Below, in pieces: positions 18,587-29,996 of a stretch of DNA of 64,000 nt. The position numbers were made by a program, and so were the translations under genes. The stretch is taken from the IMG/VR virus record IMGVR_UViG_2744054526_000001, positions 1-64,000 of that record; one strand, 5' to 3'. The notes below the pieces were generated by a model that was not told the origin of the DNA, did not search any database, and was given only the letters and a program-made list of their open reading frames with translations. This DNA comes from a virus (lineage: Duplodnaviria > Caudoviricetes). Position 1 is the first letter of the stretch. Each line of letters begins with the position of its first letter.

Positions 18587-19060
18587 ATGGCTGCTTTAAA
18601 ACCGGAAGTAAAAGCCTTCATCATTCAATCGCTTGCGTGCTTTGATACTCCTTCTCAAGTTGTCGAATCCGTCAAGAAAGAGTTTGGGTTAACTATTTCT
18701 CGCCAGCAAGCCGAAGCACACGACCCAACCAAGGCTAGTAGCAAAGGTTTAGCCAAGAAGTGGATCGAGATGTTCCACGCGACACGCGAACGATTCCTGA
18801 CCGAAACCAGTGACATTCCGATAGCGAACAAATCCTATCGGCTCCGCGTGCTTGACCGCATGGCAACCAAAACCGAGGGGATGAAAAACTTCTCCCTGAC
18901 GGCGCAGCTGATTGAACAGGCCGCGAAAGAGGTTGGAGACGCTTACACCAATAAGCTGAAGGTTGAAAGCACTGGCAAGGATGGCGGCCCGATCAAGACC
19001 GAGACGACCAGCCTCACCGCAGATCAGGCCGCAGAGATTTACCGCAAGATGATGGGGTGA
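18587..19060 (+). CDS. Terminase small subunit (DUF2280-like)
   Basis: [13 protein letters not shown]..; TGKDGGPI; precedes TerL. Confidence 0.8.
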   Translation: MAALKPEVKAFIIQSLACFDTPSQVVESVKKEFGLTISRQQAEAHDPTKASSKGLAKKWIEMFHATRERFLTETSDIPIANKSYRLRVLDRMATKTEGMKNFSLTAQLIEQAAKEVGDAYTNKLKVESTGKDGGPIKTETTSLTADQAAEIYRKMMG

Positions 19061-19062
19061 TC

Positions 19063-20685
19063 ATGCCTCTCCCGTTTGAATTCGATTTCAGAAACCCTGA
19101 TTACCAGATGGTTTTTGAATGGCGGATGGAGCGCTTACAGCGCATTCGCCAGAACCCTGAAATGCTGCCAGCGCTAAAGCAGTTTTACCGCACCAACCCG
19201 GCACAGTTCATCATCGACTGGGGGATGACTACTGACCCGCGTAACATCGATTATGGCCTGCCGGTCACCATCCCTTTTCTGCTGTTTCCGAAACAGGAAG
19301 AGTGGATTCACTGGATCATTGAGCGGCGCGAACGGCTGGAGAACGGCATCACCGAAAAGAGCCGCGAAATGGGGCTCAGCTGGACGGCGATCGGGCTGGC
19401 CTGTTCGCTCTGCCTCTTCAACAAAGAAATGGTCATCGGCTTCGGCTCCCGTAAAGAGGAATACGTCGACAGCACCGGAGACCCGAAGGCGCTGTTCTGG
19501 AAGGCGCGCAAGTTCGTGGAAACGCTGCCCGTCGAGTTTCGCGGTTCGTGGGACGAGAAGAAGCACGCGCCGTACATGCGCGTTGAGTTTCCCGATACTG
19601 GCGCGGTCATCAAAGGCGAGGCTGGCGACAATATCGGTCGTGGTGACCGTACCACCCTCTACCTGGTGGATGAGGCTGCATTCCTCCAGCGTCCTCTGCT
19701 GATTGACGCGGCGCTGTCGCAAACCACCCGCTGCCGTATCGACCTGAGCTCGGTTAACGGCATGGCGAACCCGTTCGCGCAGAAGCGTCACGGCGGGAAG
19801 ATACCGGTATTCACATTCCACTGGCGAAACGACCCGCGCAAGGATGAAGAGTGGTATCGCAGGGAATGCGAGAAAATCGACAATCCGGTGGTGGTGGCGC
19901 AGGAACTTGACCTGAACTACAGCGCATCAGCGGAAGGTGTCCTGATCCCGTCCGACTGGGTACAGGCTGCCGTCGACGCGCATATCAAGCTGGGCATTCA
20001 GCCAACGGGCAAACGGCTGGGCGCGATGGACGTCGCCGACGAAGGCCGGGACAAAAACGCCTTTTCGACCCGTCACGGCTTCCTCCTGGAGAACGTGCGG
20101 GAATGGTCCGGCGTGGGCAGCGACATTTACCAGTCTGTTGAGAAGGTCTTCGGCTTTTGTGAACAGGACAACCTCGAAGAGTTTCGCTTCGACGAGGACG
20201 GTCTGGGTGCTGGCGTTCGCGGAGATGCGCGCGCTATCAACGAACTGCGTAACGCTGCGCGCCGACCGTCAATACTCGCCACACCGTTTCGCGGTAGCGG
20301 CGCGGTGTTTGATCCGGACGACGAAGCGGTGCGCGGCGACAACGGACAGGCCGCCCGCCTTAACAAGGACTTCTTCGCTAACGCCAAGGCTCAGAGCTGG
20401 TGGCGTCTGCGCAAACTTTTCCAGAACACCTATCGCGCTGTGGTTGAAAAGATGGCTTACAACCCGGACGAAATCATCTCAATCAGCGGCACTATGGCGA
20501 ACAAAGACAAACTCATCATCGAGCTGTCGCAGCCGACCTACTCCATTAACGGTGTGGGGAAAATCGTTGTTGATAAACAGCCTGACGGCACCAAGTCGCC
20601 GAACCTCGCCGACTCGGTGATGATCAGCTACGCGCCAATGAATTCAGCCCTGAACATCTGGGAGCTGCTAGGGAGACAGGCCTGA
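19063..20685 (+). CDS. Terminase large subunit
   Basis: [25 protein letters not shown] and SPNLADS motifs. Confidence 0.9.
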   Translation: MPLPFEFDFRNPDYQMVFEWRMERLQRIRQNPEMLPALKQFYRTNPAQFIIDWGMTTDPRNIDYGLPVTIPFLLFPKQEEWIHWIIERRERLENGITEKSREMGLSWTAIGLACSLCLFNKEMVIGFGSRKEEYVDSTGDPKALFWKARKFVETLPVEFRGSWDEKKHAPYMRVEFPDTGAVIKGEAGDNIGRGDRTTLYLVDEAAFLQRPLLIDAALSQTTRCRIDLSSVNGMANPFAQKRHGGKIPVFTFHWRNDPRKDEEWYRRECEKIDNPVVVAQELDLNYSASAEGVLIPSDWVQAAVDAHIKLGIQPTGKRLGAMDVADEGRDKNAFSTRHGFLLENVREWSGVGSDIYQSVEKVFGFCEQDNLEEFRFDEDGLGAGVRGDARAINELRNAARRPSILATPFRGSGAVFDPDDEAVRGDNGQAARLNKDFFANAKAQSWWRLRKLFQNTYRAVVEKMAYNPDEIISISGTMANKDKLIIELSQPTYSINGVGKIVVDKQPDGTKSPNLADSVMISYAPMNSALNIWELLGRQA

Positions 20686-22151
20686 TGGCACGAAACAAGC
20701 AAGCCTCTCAGCGAACGGCGCAGGCCACCGCTGATGGCTACGAGAACTTTGTCGCCCGCGTGGGGATGCAGACGCCTAACCAGCACTCAGCATCGACCTA
20801 CCGGGCGAACTTCACCAGCCGCAACCGCATGCTGGTGGAATGGTCCTATCGCGGTTCGTGGGTTATCGGCGAAGCGGTCGACGCTATCCCGGACGATATG
20901 ACCCGCAAAGGCATTCGCATCACCTCGGAGATTGACGCCAAAGACCGTGGCACCCTCGAAGCGCAGCTGGATGAGTTGCAGATCTGGGATGCGCTGAACG
21001 ACGTGCTGAAATGGTCGCGTCTCTACGGCGGCGCGGTTGGCTTCATCATGATTGAGGGGCAGGCACCAATGACCCCGCTGCGGCTCGAAACCATTGGCGA
21101 GGGCAAGTTTAAGGGCATTCTCCCGCTCGACCGCTGGATGATTAACCCGGTGCTGACACGCCGCATTAAAGAGATGGGGCCGGACCTCGGCAAGCCTGAG
21201 TTTTACGACGTGGTGACCACCGCAACGGGCATTCCGGCCTGGCGCATCCATCACAGCCGCCTGATCCGCTTTGATGGCGTCACGCTGCCATTCCAGCAGA
21301 AGATGACCGAAAACGAATGGGGAATGTCGGTTGTAGAGCGTATCTGGGATCGGCTTACTGCGTTCGACAGCGCCACTGTCGGCGCGGCGCAACTGGTCTA
21401 CAAAGCGCATCTGCGTACCTACAGTGTGGAGAAGCTGCGCGAGCTTATCGCGCTTGGTGGCCCCGCGTTCGAAGCGCTGCTGAAGAACTTCGACCTGATC
21501 CGCCAGTTCCAGAGTAATGAAGGCATGACGCTCATGGACTCGCGAGATAAGTTCGAAACCCATCAGTACAGCTTCAGCGGTCTGGATGACATTCTTTCGC
21601 AGTTCGCTGAGCAGATCAGCGGTGCCGTTGGTATCCCGCTGGTGCGCCTGTTCGGGCAGTCCCCGAAAGGCTTCTCTACTGGTGACGCAGACCTCGCCAA
21701 CTATTACGACCGGGTGAGCTCATTGCAGGAGCGCCGCTTACGGCTGCCGATGCGCCGGATACTGGACATTATGCACCGCTCGGAACTCGGTAAGCCGCTG
21801 CCGGACGATTTCACGTTTGAGTTTAACCCGCTATGGCAAATGTCTGACGTTGACCGCTCAACGGTGGCCGTAAACACCACAAACGCGATCAGCACCGCGC
21901 TGAGCGACGGATTAATGACGCGTAAGGCGGCGATGACCGACCTGCGCGAAAACTCTGACGTCACTGGCATCGGGGCATCCATTACCGACGAGGATATCGA
22001 GAATGCCGAAGACGAAGCGCCGCCAGGCATCGGCGAACTTGGCAACAAACCGCCAGAGTCGCCAGGCGGAGATCCGATATCGAACGAGCCTACGGCAGAT
22101 AGCGCGGGCGGTCGGGGATATCGTAAATGGGCGCTACGATGGTTCAAATGA
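20685..22151 (+). CDS. Portal protein (DUF1073)
   Basis: 488 aa after TerL; RLYGG, IHHSR, GIPLVRLFGQSP. Confidence 0.85.
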   Translation: MARNKQASQRTAQATADGYENFVARVGMQTPNQHSASTYRANFTSRNRMLVEWSYRGSWVIGEAVDAIPDDMTRKGIRITSEIDAKDRGTLEAQLDELQIWDALNDVLKWSRLYGGAVGFIMIEGQAPMTPLRLETIGEGKFKGILPLDRWMINPVLTRRIKEMGPDLGKPEFYDVVTTATGIPAWRIHHSRLIRFDGVTLPFQQKMTENEWGMSVVERIWDRLTAFDSATVGAAQLVYKAHLRTYSVEKLRELIALGGPAFEALLKNFDLIRQFQSNEGMTLMDSRDKFETHQYSFSGLDDILSQFAEQISGAVGIPLVRLFGQSPKGFSTGDADLANYYDRVSSLQERRLRLPMRRILDIMHRSELGKPLPDDFTFEFNPLWQMSDVDRSTVAVNTTNAISTALSDGLMTRKAAMTDLRENSDVTGIGASITDEDIENAEDEAPPGIGELGNKPPESPGGDPISNEPTADSAGGRGYRKWALRWFK

Positions 22152-22776
22152 TAGCGTCACCGAGATAATGGATGCGCTGGAGCGCTACAGCGAAATCATC
22201 ACCCCTTGGGCGACGAAGGTTGCTGAGAACTTCACCGCAGACATTGCGCGCCAGAATGAAAAGCAGTGGCGTCAGCACAGCCGGAACATCAGCGCAGAGC
22301 TGCGCAACATGGTTGACCGCGCCCCGGTAGGCCAGGTGATGAAATCCATCGTTGCCGAGCAGATTAAGTACATCAAATCGCTACCTCTTGAGGCCGCCGA
22401 TCGGGTGTATGACATTCAGAACAAAGCCATCGAGGCCGTTGTGACTGGTGGCCGCGCTGAGCCATTCGCGAAAGAGATAGCAGCGTCCGGTGACGTGTCA
22501 CGCTCACGAGCGAACCTTATCGCCCGTACCGAGCTTGGACGTGCAACCGGCGCGCTCGATCAGGCGCGTGCGCTGTCAATTGGTTCGAATGGTTATATCT
22601 GGCGTACAGCCGAAGATGGCGACGTCCGGCACTCTCATCGTGAGATGGAGGGCAAGTTTGTCGAATGGGGCCGACCTCCAACGCTTGACGGCATGACCGG
22701 TCATGCTGGCGAGCTCCCGAACTGCCGCTGTTACAAAGAGATCGTCTTCCCCAACCCTCATTCTTATCTCGCCTGA
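22003..22776 (+). CDS. Head morphogenesis protein (Mu gpF/SPP1 gp7-like); start uncertain
   Basis: IARTE, YIWRT..DGDVRHSH, NCRC. Confidence 0.85.
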   Translation: MPKTKRRQASANLATNRQSRQAEIRYRTSLRQIARAVGDIVNGRYDGSNDSVTEIMDALERYSEIITPWATKVAENFTADIARQNEKQWRQHSRNISAELRNMVDRAPVGQVMKSIVAEQIKYIKSLPLEAADRVYDIQNKAIEAVVTGGRAEPFAKEIAASGDVSRSRANLIARTELGRATGALDQARALSIGSNGYIWRTAEDGDVRHSHREMEGKFVEWGRPPTLDGMTGHAGELPNCRCYKEIVFPNPHSYLA

Positions 22777-22790
22777 ATCGCAGGTAAACC

Positions 22791-24023
22791 ATGAAATATT
22801 TTTTCAATACCCGGCTGGGGGAAACCCGCTATCAGCTGGCTGACGGCTCTCTGTTGTGTAAAGACGTGCCGATAGGTCGAACGGGTAAACAGCTCTACGG
22901 CGCTGCCGATCTGCCAAACCTCAAACCCGACAAGCTCGGCGAGATAGTCGTAACGCGCTCTCCTGAGCAGGTATTCCATCCGGCCACGCTCGCCTCATTC
23001 GAAGGGATGAGCATCACGATCCTGCATCCTGAAGATGAAAACGGGAATGTGCGGCTGGTAAATCCCGAGAACTGGAAAGAGCTTGCTGTCGGGCACCTCC
23101 AGAATGTCCGGCGCGGGACGGGTGAGCAGTCTGATTTGATGCTGGCTGACCTTATCGTCAAAGACGAAAACGCCATTCAGCTTATCGAAGATGGCCTGCG
23201 TGAAGTGTCGTGCGGCTATGACGCGGAGTACGAGCAGACCGAGCCAGGTAAAGCCGAGCAGGTCGATATTACCGGAAACCATGTGGCTCTTGTCCCTAAA
23301 GGCAGAGCCGGAAATCGTTGTGCAATTGGAGACAGAGACACAATGGCAAATCAAAAGAAAAGCTGGTGGACCCGCATGCGCACGGCCATCAAAACGGGTG
23401 ACGCTGACACCATGAACGAACTGCTGGACTCTGCGCCAGCGGCGGTAACGGGTGACGAAGGGGATCTGCCGAGCGGCGTTAACCTCAACATTAACCTTTC
23501 ACCGCAGCAACCATTGCCGGACAAAAAGCCGGAAATGGGCGGAGAGCCAACCGGCGACGGCGAGGACGATATCAAAACCTTGCTCAAAGCCCTGCTGGCT
23601 AAGCTGGAAGGAAATGCGACTTGCGATAACGACAATAAGCCTGATGAAAAAGACAAAAAAGATCCGACCTGCGACGGCGAGGGCGACGAAGTGGAAACCA
23701 CGATTACCGGTGACTCTGCCTGGCGTGCCGAGGTTATCGTCCCGGGTATCGATCTGAGCCGTAAGGTGAAACCGACCGCGTTCAAACGTGATGTGCTGGC
23801 TGCCGCTGACAAAACACTGGTTCGCCAGGTTGTCGGTGATGCGGATATCCGCAAATTGCCCAAGCAATCGGTAGATATGGCGTTTAACGCCGTGTCTGAG
23901 ATTGCAAAAGGGCGAAACACCCGCAGCACCACGGGCGATGCACACCGTCCAAATATGGGCATGACCAGCATCGCTTCCCTGAACAAACAAAACGCCGACT
24001 TCTGGTCTAACCGCAAAGGATAA
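22791..24023 (+). CDS. Prohead protease/scaffold (DUF2213)
   Basis: EVSCGY and NHVALV..GRAG; acidic scaffold half. Confidence 0.8.
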   Translation: MKYFFNTRLGETRYQLADGSLLCKDVPIGRTGKQLYGAADLPNLKPDKLGEIVVTRSPEQVFHPATLASFEGMSITILHPEDENGNVRLVNPENWKELAVGHLQNVRRGTGEQSDLMLADLIVKDENAIQLIEDGLREVSCGYDAEYEQTEPGKAEQVDITGNHVALVPKGRAGNRCAIGDRDTMANQKKSWWTRMRTAIKTGDADTMNELLDSAPAAVTGDEGDLPSGVNLNINLSPQQPLPDKKPEMGGEPTGDGEDDIKTLLKALLAKLEGNATCDNDNKPDEKDKKDPTCDGEGDEVETTITGDSAWRAEVIVPGIDLSRKVKPTAFKRDVLAAADKTLVRQVVGDADIRKLPKQSVDMAFNAVSEIAKGRNTRSTTGDAHRPNMGMTSIASLNKQNADFWSNRKG

Positions 24024-24027
24024 TCCA

Positions 24028-24531
24028 ATGACTGCATATCTGTACCGGATGCCTGTTGGCATTGCCGGGGCTATCTCTCGCCCGCAGGACTTAACCGTCG
24101 AACCGGTGATCCTTAAATCCGCTAACGCCTTCGCTGCCTATGGTCTGGCTGGCAAATACGACGCTGACGGCTTTTTCGTGCCGCTGGCGGACGGTGACAC
24201 CGCCGACAAGGTGAAGGGGATCTACGTTCGTCCGTATCCGACCACATCGCAGCCAGACATGATTCGCCAGGTGGGGACGGATAAGAATTTCCCGGGCGAC
24301 GCCATGAAGCGTGGCTACATGACCGTTAACCTCGGATCTGGCTTCGATGCCAGCACCATCAAAAAAGGCGCACCTGTCTATGTGGTTGTTTCGCTCGACT
24401 CAACCATTGACGTGCCGCTGGGCGGTTTCATGTCCACGTCTGTCAGTGGCAAAAACGTGGCGCTGACCAACGCCGAATTCACAGGGGCCGGTGACGCTAA
24501 CGGCAATGTAGAAATCTCCTGGAAGATTTAA
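24028..24531 (+). CDS. Head decoration/cement protein
   Basis: 167 aa between protease and major capsid. Confidence 0.65.
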   Translation: MTAYLYRMPVGIAGAISRPQDLTVEPVILKSANAFAAYGLAGKYDADGFFVPLADGDTADKVKGIYVRPYPTTSQPDMIRQVGTDKNFPGDAMKRGYMTVNLGSGFDASTIKKGAPVYVVVSLDSTIDVPLGGFMSTSVSGKNVALTNAEFTGAGDANGNVEISWKI

Positions 24532-24542
24532 GGAACAGACGA

Positions 24543-25484
24543 ATGATTACTTTTGATCAGGCAACCGTTGATGGCTCTGGTGCCTTTCTCATCGGGGAGC
24601 TGGAGCGACTCGACCAGACGTTGAACCTGCCGCTGGTGGGTTACACCTGGACCCGCGATATTCAGCTGCGTGAAGACGTTTCTATCGCAGATGACATTTC
24701 CAGCTGGACTAACACCAGTTTTGGCGCTGCGGGTACTGGCGCAAATCCGAACGGTAAAAACTGGGTAGGCAAAGACTCCACCGCTATTGCTGGCGTGAAC
24801 GTGGATATCAGCAAAGACGGCAATCCACTGAACCTCTGGGGTATGGAACTGGGCTGGACCGTTGTAGAGCTGGCAGCTGCTCAGCAGGTAGGCCGCCCGA
24901 TTGATACCCAGAAGTACGACGGGATGCAGCTCAAATGGCAGATGGACAACGACGAGCAGGTTTACATCGGTGATGACGCACTCGGCCTGAAAGGTCTGGC
25001 AAACCTCGTCGGTGTGACGCTGAACAACGCGCCGAAGACCTGGGCGAACTCAACCAACGACGAGATCCTCGATAGCGTGAACAGCATTCTGTCTAATGCC
25101 TGGGCAGCATCCGGTTATTCCATCGTGCCTTCTGATCTGCGCATTCCGCCAGAGCAGTATTCACTGCTGGCGAGCCGTAAGGTTTCCGAAGCGGGTAACC
25201 AGTCACTGCTGACCTATCTGGCTGTGAACACTATCGCTTTCCACCAGAACGGCGTTCCGCTTGAAATCAAAGCGGTCAAATGGCTGAAAGGGCGTGGGGT
25301 TGGCGGTAAAGACCGTATGATCGCCTACACCAACGACAAGAAATACGTGCGCTATCCGCTGGTGCCGTTGCAGAGCGTTCCTGTCCAGTATCGCGGTCTG
25401 TATCAGATTGCGACCTACTACGGCAAGCTCGGTGCGGTTGAGCCAGTGTACAAAGAAACCCTGTCCTACGTGGACGGTATCTGA
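24543..25484 (+). CDS. Major capsid protein (DUF2184)
   Basis: 313 aa; ELERLD, G..GL.N, YVDGI end; position. Confidence 0.8.
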   Translation: MITFDQATVDGSGAFLIGELERLDQTLNLPLVGYTWTRDIQLREDVSIADDISSWTNTSFGAAGTGANPNGKNWVGKDSTAIAGVNVDISKDGNPLNLWGMELGWTVVELAAAQQVGRPIDTQKYDGMQLKWQMDNDEQVYIGDDALGLKGLANLVGVTLNNAPKTWANSTNDEILDSVNSILSNAWAASGYSIVPSDLRIPPEQYSLLASRKVSEAGNQSLLTYLAVNTIAFHQNGVPLEIKAVKWLKGRGVGGKDRMIAYTNDKKYVRYPLVPLQSVPVQYRGLYQIATYYGKLGAVEPVYKETLSYVDGI

Positions 25485-25525
25485 TAACCAGAACGGCCCC
25501 GAAAGGGGCCAGAAGGGAACTGAAA

Positions 25526-25915
25526 ATGGCGAAAGAAAAGCTGGTTACCATCCATGTTCACACCCCGTTTACGCTGACGCTCGGCGATCAGTCAAAAAGG
25601 GAGTTTGGCCGGGGACGGCATAACGTACCGGAAGAGGTCGCGTCGCACTGGTTCACCCAGGCGCACTCCGAGCTTTCCGAAAGCGTGATTAGCGACACCG
25701 ATGATCTGCAACCCATTATCGACAGCCTGCAAGCTCAGATTGCCGACAAAGATAAGCAGATTATCGATAAAGATCAGTTGATTGCCGATCTGCGAGAAGC
25801 GCTGCTCAAGCTGCAAGAGCAGAACGACAGCCTGCAAGCGCAGATTGCTGCCGCCCAGACTGGCGGTAATGGGGCGAAAGATGCCAAAGAATCAAAGCCT
25901 GCCAACAGTAAGTGA
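25526..25915 (+). CDS. Phage protein with coiled-coil C-terminus
   Basis: 129 aa after capsid gene. Confidence 0.65.
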   Translation: MAKEKLVTIHVHTPFTLTLGDQSKREFGRGRHNVPEEVASHWFTQAHSELSESVISDTDDLQPIIDSLQAQIADKDKQIIDKDQLIADLREALLKLQEQNDSLQAQIAAAQTGGNGAKDAKESKPANSK

Positions 25916-26288
25916 TTTTCGCCGCGACTTCCCGCAGTTTGCTGACCCTGCCAAATATCCCGAAGCGCAAATCCAGTTTCGTCTGAATCTGGCCGATGTG
26001 CTGCTGAGCGAAAACGTCACCGGAAAAGAGTTGTTTCCGTACTTTGCCGAGTTGTTCGTGGCTCACTACATGACGCTCTGGGCGGCAGATAGCCGGGCGA
26101 TGCTGGTTGGCGGTCCGGGTGGTTCAACCAATGGTGTGCAGTCCTCCAAATCCGTTGACAAGGTAAGCGTCAGCTATGACACCAGCATGACGCTGAATCC
26201 TGACGCGGGCTTCTGGAATAACACCCGATATGGCGCTGAATTCTATCAGCTGATCACGATGTTCGGCGCTGGCGGCCGCCAGCTATGA
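25881..26288 (+). CDS. Head-tail connector (DUF4054-like)
   Basis: [17 protein letters not shown] motifs. Confidence 0.75.
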   Translation: MPKNQSLPTVSDFRRDFPQFADPAKYPEAQIQFRLNLADVLLSENVTGKELFPYFAELFVAHYMTLWAADSRAMLVGGPGGSTNGVQSSKSVDKVSVSYDTSMTLNPDAGFWNNTRYGAEFYQLITMFGAGGRQL

Positions 26289-26833
26289 AAAGCGGCGTAA
26301 CCACGCGGGTTGATAATGCTCAGTCCATTCTCGAAGCACTCAAGTCTTTAACCAAAAAGGATGTACTGGTCGGCATTCCTTCGGAAGACAGCGATCGTGA
26401 AGATGTTCCGTTTGGTAATGCCGGGATCGGTTATGTCAATGAATACGGCTCACCGGCGCAAAACATCCCCCCACGCCCGCACCTGATCCCCGGCGTTAAA
26501 TCGGTAGAGGAACAGACTGTGCCGCAGCTCAAAGCAGCGGCGCAGGCTGCGCTTGATGGTAATACAGATGGCGCGGAAAGAGCCCTCAACCAGGCTGGCA
26601 TGCTGGCCGCTAATGGTGTCAGGCGTTATATGACCATTACCGGCTTTACGCCGCTTGCTGATAGCACCGTTGAAGCACGCGCGCGTCGCGGGCGTAAAGG
26701 GGCTAAAGCGGAGCTTGCCCGCCGCGCTGCTGGCGAGCCGCCCGGAACCGATCTGGTAAAACCACTAATCGACACCGGGCAGTACCGCAGAGCCATTACC
26801 CACGTTGTGAGGGATAAAGATGCCGACTCTTGA
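26285..26833 (+). CDS. Neck/tail completion protein
   Basis: NEYG..IPPRP..PLIDTGQ. Confidence 0.7.
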   Translation: MKSGVTTRVDNAQSILEALKSLTKKDVLVGIPSEDSDREDVPFGNAGIGYVNEYGSPAQNIPPRPHLIPGVKSVEEQTVPQLKAAAQAALDGNTDGAERALNQAGMLAANGVRRYMTITGFTPLADSTVEARARRGRKGAKAELARRAAGEPPGTDLVKPLIDTGQYRRAITHVVRDKDADS

Positions 26834-27209
26834 TGTAACAGATGTGCTTTTTGACCCCGATTTTTGCGACTTCAACCTGTGGGTAACGCGTCGCGCACAA
26901 ACGGTGGACGAGGACGGGATCGGCAGCGACAGCGAAGTTAAAACGCAGTTTGCAGGGGTTGTTACCGTTGACCGCTCTCTTGAAAACCGCCGCATGCAGG
27001 CCGGGCAGGTTATCAGCGGGGCGATTCTTATCGTGACGACTGAGCGACTCACGCAGGGGCATACTGGCCGTGATGCCGATATCGTGACGTATCAGAACCG
27101 TGATTATCGTGTGACGTTCGTCGACCCGTATACCGCTTACGGTGCTGGCTTCGTCCAGGCACATTGTGAACTGTTGCCGTTTGATGGGGGTAATCCCGTT
27201 GAGCAATAA
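26820..27209 (+). CDS. Head-tail adaptor/closure protein
   Basis: 129 aa, synteny. Confidence 0.6.
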   Translation: MPTLDVTDVLFDPDFCDFNLWVTRRAQTVDEDGIGSDSEVKTQFAGVVTVDRSLENRRMQAGQVISGAILIVTTERLTQGHTGRDADIVTYQNRDYRVTFVDPYTAYGAGFVQAHCELLPFDGGNPVEQ

Positions 27210-27747
27210 CACCAGCACAGAGCGCGGATGGCTGACACCCACCAGCGGCGATCCGGATTATGACGAAGCGCTCGACAGGCTATTAAGCCAGTGGGTGCGC
27301 AACGTTTCCGGCTTGCCTGCTGGGGTGGTTCGCCCGCGCTGGCAGAAAGACCAGCCGCCACTTCCACCAGTTGAAACGAACTGGTGCGCGTTCGGCGTTA
27401 CCGGATGGCCCATTGATAACAGTCCTGCATTCACCAGGCAGACCGACGAGGGCGCTCAGCTCTGGCGGCATGAAACGTTCGAGTGCATGGCGTCGTTCTA
27501 TGGCCCGGCGGGTATGTCTTATGCGTCCCGTTTTCGCGATGGCATATCTGTCCCGCAAAATAATGCTGAGCTGAACGCGCTCGGTTTATCCCTGGGCGAC
27601 TATACCGGTCTGACCCCTTTCCCCGAGCTTATCAACCAGCAATGGGTTCGCCGCTACGACATGACGGTGCGCCTGCGCCGGAAGGTTGTGCGCGAGTACG
27701 GCATCAAATCGCTGGTGGAAGCGCCAGTCACCTTTTTTGGAGAATAA
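27199..27747 (+). CDS. Tail terminator-like protein
   Basis: Precedes sheath; probable TTG start. Confidence 0.6.
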   Translation: MSNNTSTERGWLTPTSGDPDYDEALDRLLSQWVRNVSGLPAGVVRPRWQKDQPPLPPVETNWCAFGVTGWPIDNSPAFTRQTDEGAQLWRHETFECMASFYGPAGMSYASRFRDGISVPQNNAELNALGLSLGDYTGLTPFPELINQQWVRRYDMTVRLRRKVVREYGIKSLVEAPVTFFGE

Positions 27748-27750
27748 ACT

Positions 27751-28911
27751 ATGACGCAGGGCTTACCTGTATCCAACGTTGTAAACGTTGATGTGATCAT
27801 CTCGCCGAAAGCGGCTACTGGTCGTAACTTCGGCGCGCTGCTGATTCTCGGTTCTTCCACTGTCATTCCGGTGCAGGAGCGCGTTCGCCTTTATGCGTCC
27901 GTTGAGGACATTGGCGAGGACTTCGGAGTCGACAGCCCGGAATATGAAGCGGCGCAGGTTTTCTTCAGCCAGTCGCCGAAGCCGACGCAGGTTTATGTTG
28001 GCCGCTGGGCGAAGACTCTGACCTCTTCCGAGGGTGGAAGCGTGGAAACCATTGTGCAAGCTGTTAATGCCTGCCTGCAATATACCAACTGGTATGGGCT
28101 GATTGTCGCTGATGATGTTGCTGATGGCGCTGATGTGCTTGATGCTGACGACGTGATTGAGGTTGCTAAACTCATCGAAGCGTCCAGTTTGAGCCGCATT
28201 TTCGGGGTAACTTCTGCCGACGCCGATATTATCAGCACGACTTCGACGACCGATGTTGCGTCGAAATTAAAGGCTGGCAAGTATGCCCGTACCTTTATTC
28301 AATATTCCACCAGCAGCTCTTATGCAGCGGTTTCAGCTTTCGGTCGCGCGTTCACGGTGAATTTCAACGGCAGCAACACCACCATTACCCTGAAATTCAA
28401 GCAGGAGCCGGGGATCACCTATGAAACCCTGACCACCAATCAGGCGGCGGCGCTGGATGCCAAAAACTGCAACGTATTTGTGTACTACCAGAACGATACG
28501 GCCATCCTGCAGCAGGGCGTCATGTCCAGCGGTGATTTCTTCGACGAACGCCACGGGCTCGACTGGCTGCAGAACTACGTTCAGACCAACTTGTACAACC
28601 TGCTCTACACCAGCACAACCAAAGTCCCACAGACCGATGCTGGCGTTACGCGTCTGCTTTCCAATGTTGAGCAGTCGATGGATCAGTCCGTCACGAACGG
28701 GCTGGTGGCTGCTGGCGTATGGAACGGTGGCCCGATTGGGCAGCTGGATTCCGGCGACACGCTGACAAAAGGCTATTACGTCTACGCGCAGCCGATTTCC
28801 GAGCAGGCGCAGGCTGACCGTGAAGCACGTAAGGCACCTGTTATTCAGGTGGCCTGTAAGCTGGCGGGTGCGGTTCATTTCGCTGATGTGCAGATCAACG
28901 TCGTTCGCTAA
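27751..28911 (+). CDS. Tail sheath protein (DUF3383)
   Basis: [27 protein letters not shown] motifs. Confidence 0.85.
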   Translation: MTQGLPVSNVVNVDVIISPKAATGRNFGALLILGSSTVIPVQERVRLYASVEDIGEDFGVDSPEYEAAQVFFSQSPKPTQVYVGRWAKTLTSSEGGSVETIVQAVNACLQYTNWYGLIVADDVADGADVLDADDVIEVAKLIEASSLSRIFGVTSADADIISTTSTTDVASKLKAGKYARTFIQYSTSSSYAAVSAFGRAFTVNFNGSNTTITLKFKQEPGITYETLTTNQAAALDAKNCNVFVYYQNDTAILQQGVMSSGDFFDERHGLDWLQNYVQTNLYNLLYTSTTKVPQTDAGVTRLLSNVEQSMDQSVTNGLVAAGVWNGGPIGQLDSGDTLTKGYYVYAQPISEQAQADREARKAPVIQVACKLAGAVHFADVQINVVR

Positions 28912-28922
28912 GGAGAACATGA

Positions 28923-29363
28923 ATGGCTACTTATTCTTTTATGGACGTCACGGCGTCCCTCTCCGGCCCGACCGGCGAGATTGATCTGGGCTACGGTTCC
29001 GCCAGTTCAGAGGAGGGGATCACCGTTGCAATGGGCGGCCCCAAAAATACCATGACCATCGGCGCTGACGGCGAAGTGATGCACAGCCTGCACGCGGATA
29101 AAAGCGGCACGGTAACCGTCAACCTGCTGAAGACCTCACCGACAAACAAAAAGCTGTCGCTGGCGTACAACGCGCAGAGTCAGTCCTCAGGAACCTGGGG
29201 AAACAACGTCATTGTGATCCGAAACAAGGTGAGCGGAGACATCATCACGGCGCGCAGCGTGGCGTTCCAGAAACAGCCGGATAACGCCAATGCTAAAGCC
29301 GGTAATACGATGCCCTGGGTGTTTGACTGCGGCAAAATCGACCAGGTTCTCGGAGAGTTTTAA
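28923..29363 (+). CDS. Tail tube protein (DUF3277-like)
   Basis: TYSFMDV..GADG; follows sheath. Confidence 0.8.
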   Translation: MATYSFMDVTASLSGPTGEIDLGYGSASSEEGITVAMGGPKNTMTIGADGEVMHSLHADKSGTVTVNLLKTSPTNKKLSLAYNAQSQSSGTWGNNVIVIRNKVSGDIITARSVAFQKQPDNANAKAGNTMPWVFDCGKIDQVLGEF

Positions 29364-29366
29364 CAG

Positions 29367-29819
29367 ATGGAATGCTCAATCAAAGGCCACGATTACCGCG
29401 TGGCAAAACTCAGCGTTTTTGATCAGCTGAAAGTGACCCGCAAACTGCTGCCGGTGCTGGCGGGCATGATGTCAGATTTCGGGAGCATTCGCTCCCTTCT
29501 GCCTGCTGATGGCAAAATCGACACCGTGAAATTCGATCAGCTGAAACCGGTGTTTGAAACCCTGCTCCCACGCATCGCTGAGGAACTGTCTTCCCTGACT
29601 GAAGAAGACACCAACGCGATTATTCATCCGTGCCTGGCCGTGGTATCACGCAAGCACATGGACGGATGGACGCCGGTATTCAACAGCGGTCAGCTGATGT
29701 TCGATGATATCGACCTGCTGACCATGCTGCAGCTGGTGGCGCGGGTGGTCGCCGATTCGCTGGGAAATTTTTTGCCCGTGAGCCCTACCAGCGCGACGCC
29801 GGGCCAGCCTCAGGGTTAA
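29367..29819 (+). CDS. Tail assembly chaperone (with -1 frameshift extension to 30007)
   Basis: Between tube and tape measure; slippery GGGAAATTTTTTG at 29762-29774. Confidence 0.75.
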   Translation: MECSIKGHDYRVAKLSVFDQLKVTRKLLPVLAGMMSDFGSIRSLLPADGKIDTVKFDQLKPVFETLLPRIAEELSSLTEEDTNAIIHPCLAVVSRKHMDGWTPVFNSGQLMFDDIDLLTMLQLVARVVADSLGNFLPVSPTSATPGQPQG

Positions 29820-29996
29820 CCCTTAACAGCCTGCCTGACGGGCTTTCTTATCTCCTTGACCCGGTTGACGCCGGGTTAATCCCTTATTACGCGCTGAAGG
29901 ATGGATCGGTTGATCTGTGCGATATCGCGCTGATGAATGACCACCTGGCCGTTAAGGCAGACAACCAGCGCCGTATTGAGAAATGGAGAGAGGATA

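Noticed and set aside
20685-22151. Anti-CBASS Acb1 label sometimes attached to DUF1073 proteins
   Set aside because: Size and position after TerL identify it as the portal.
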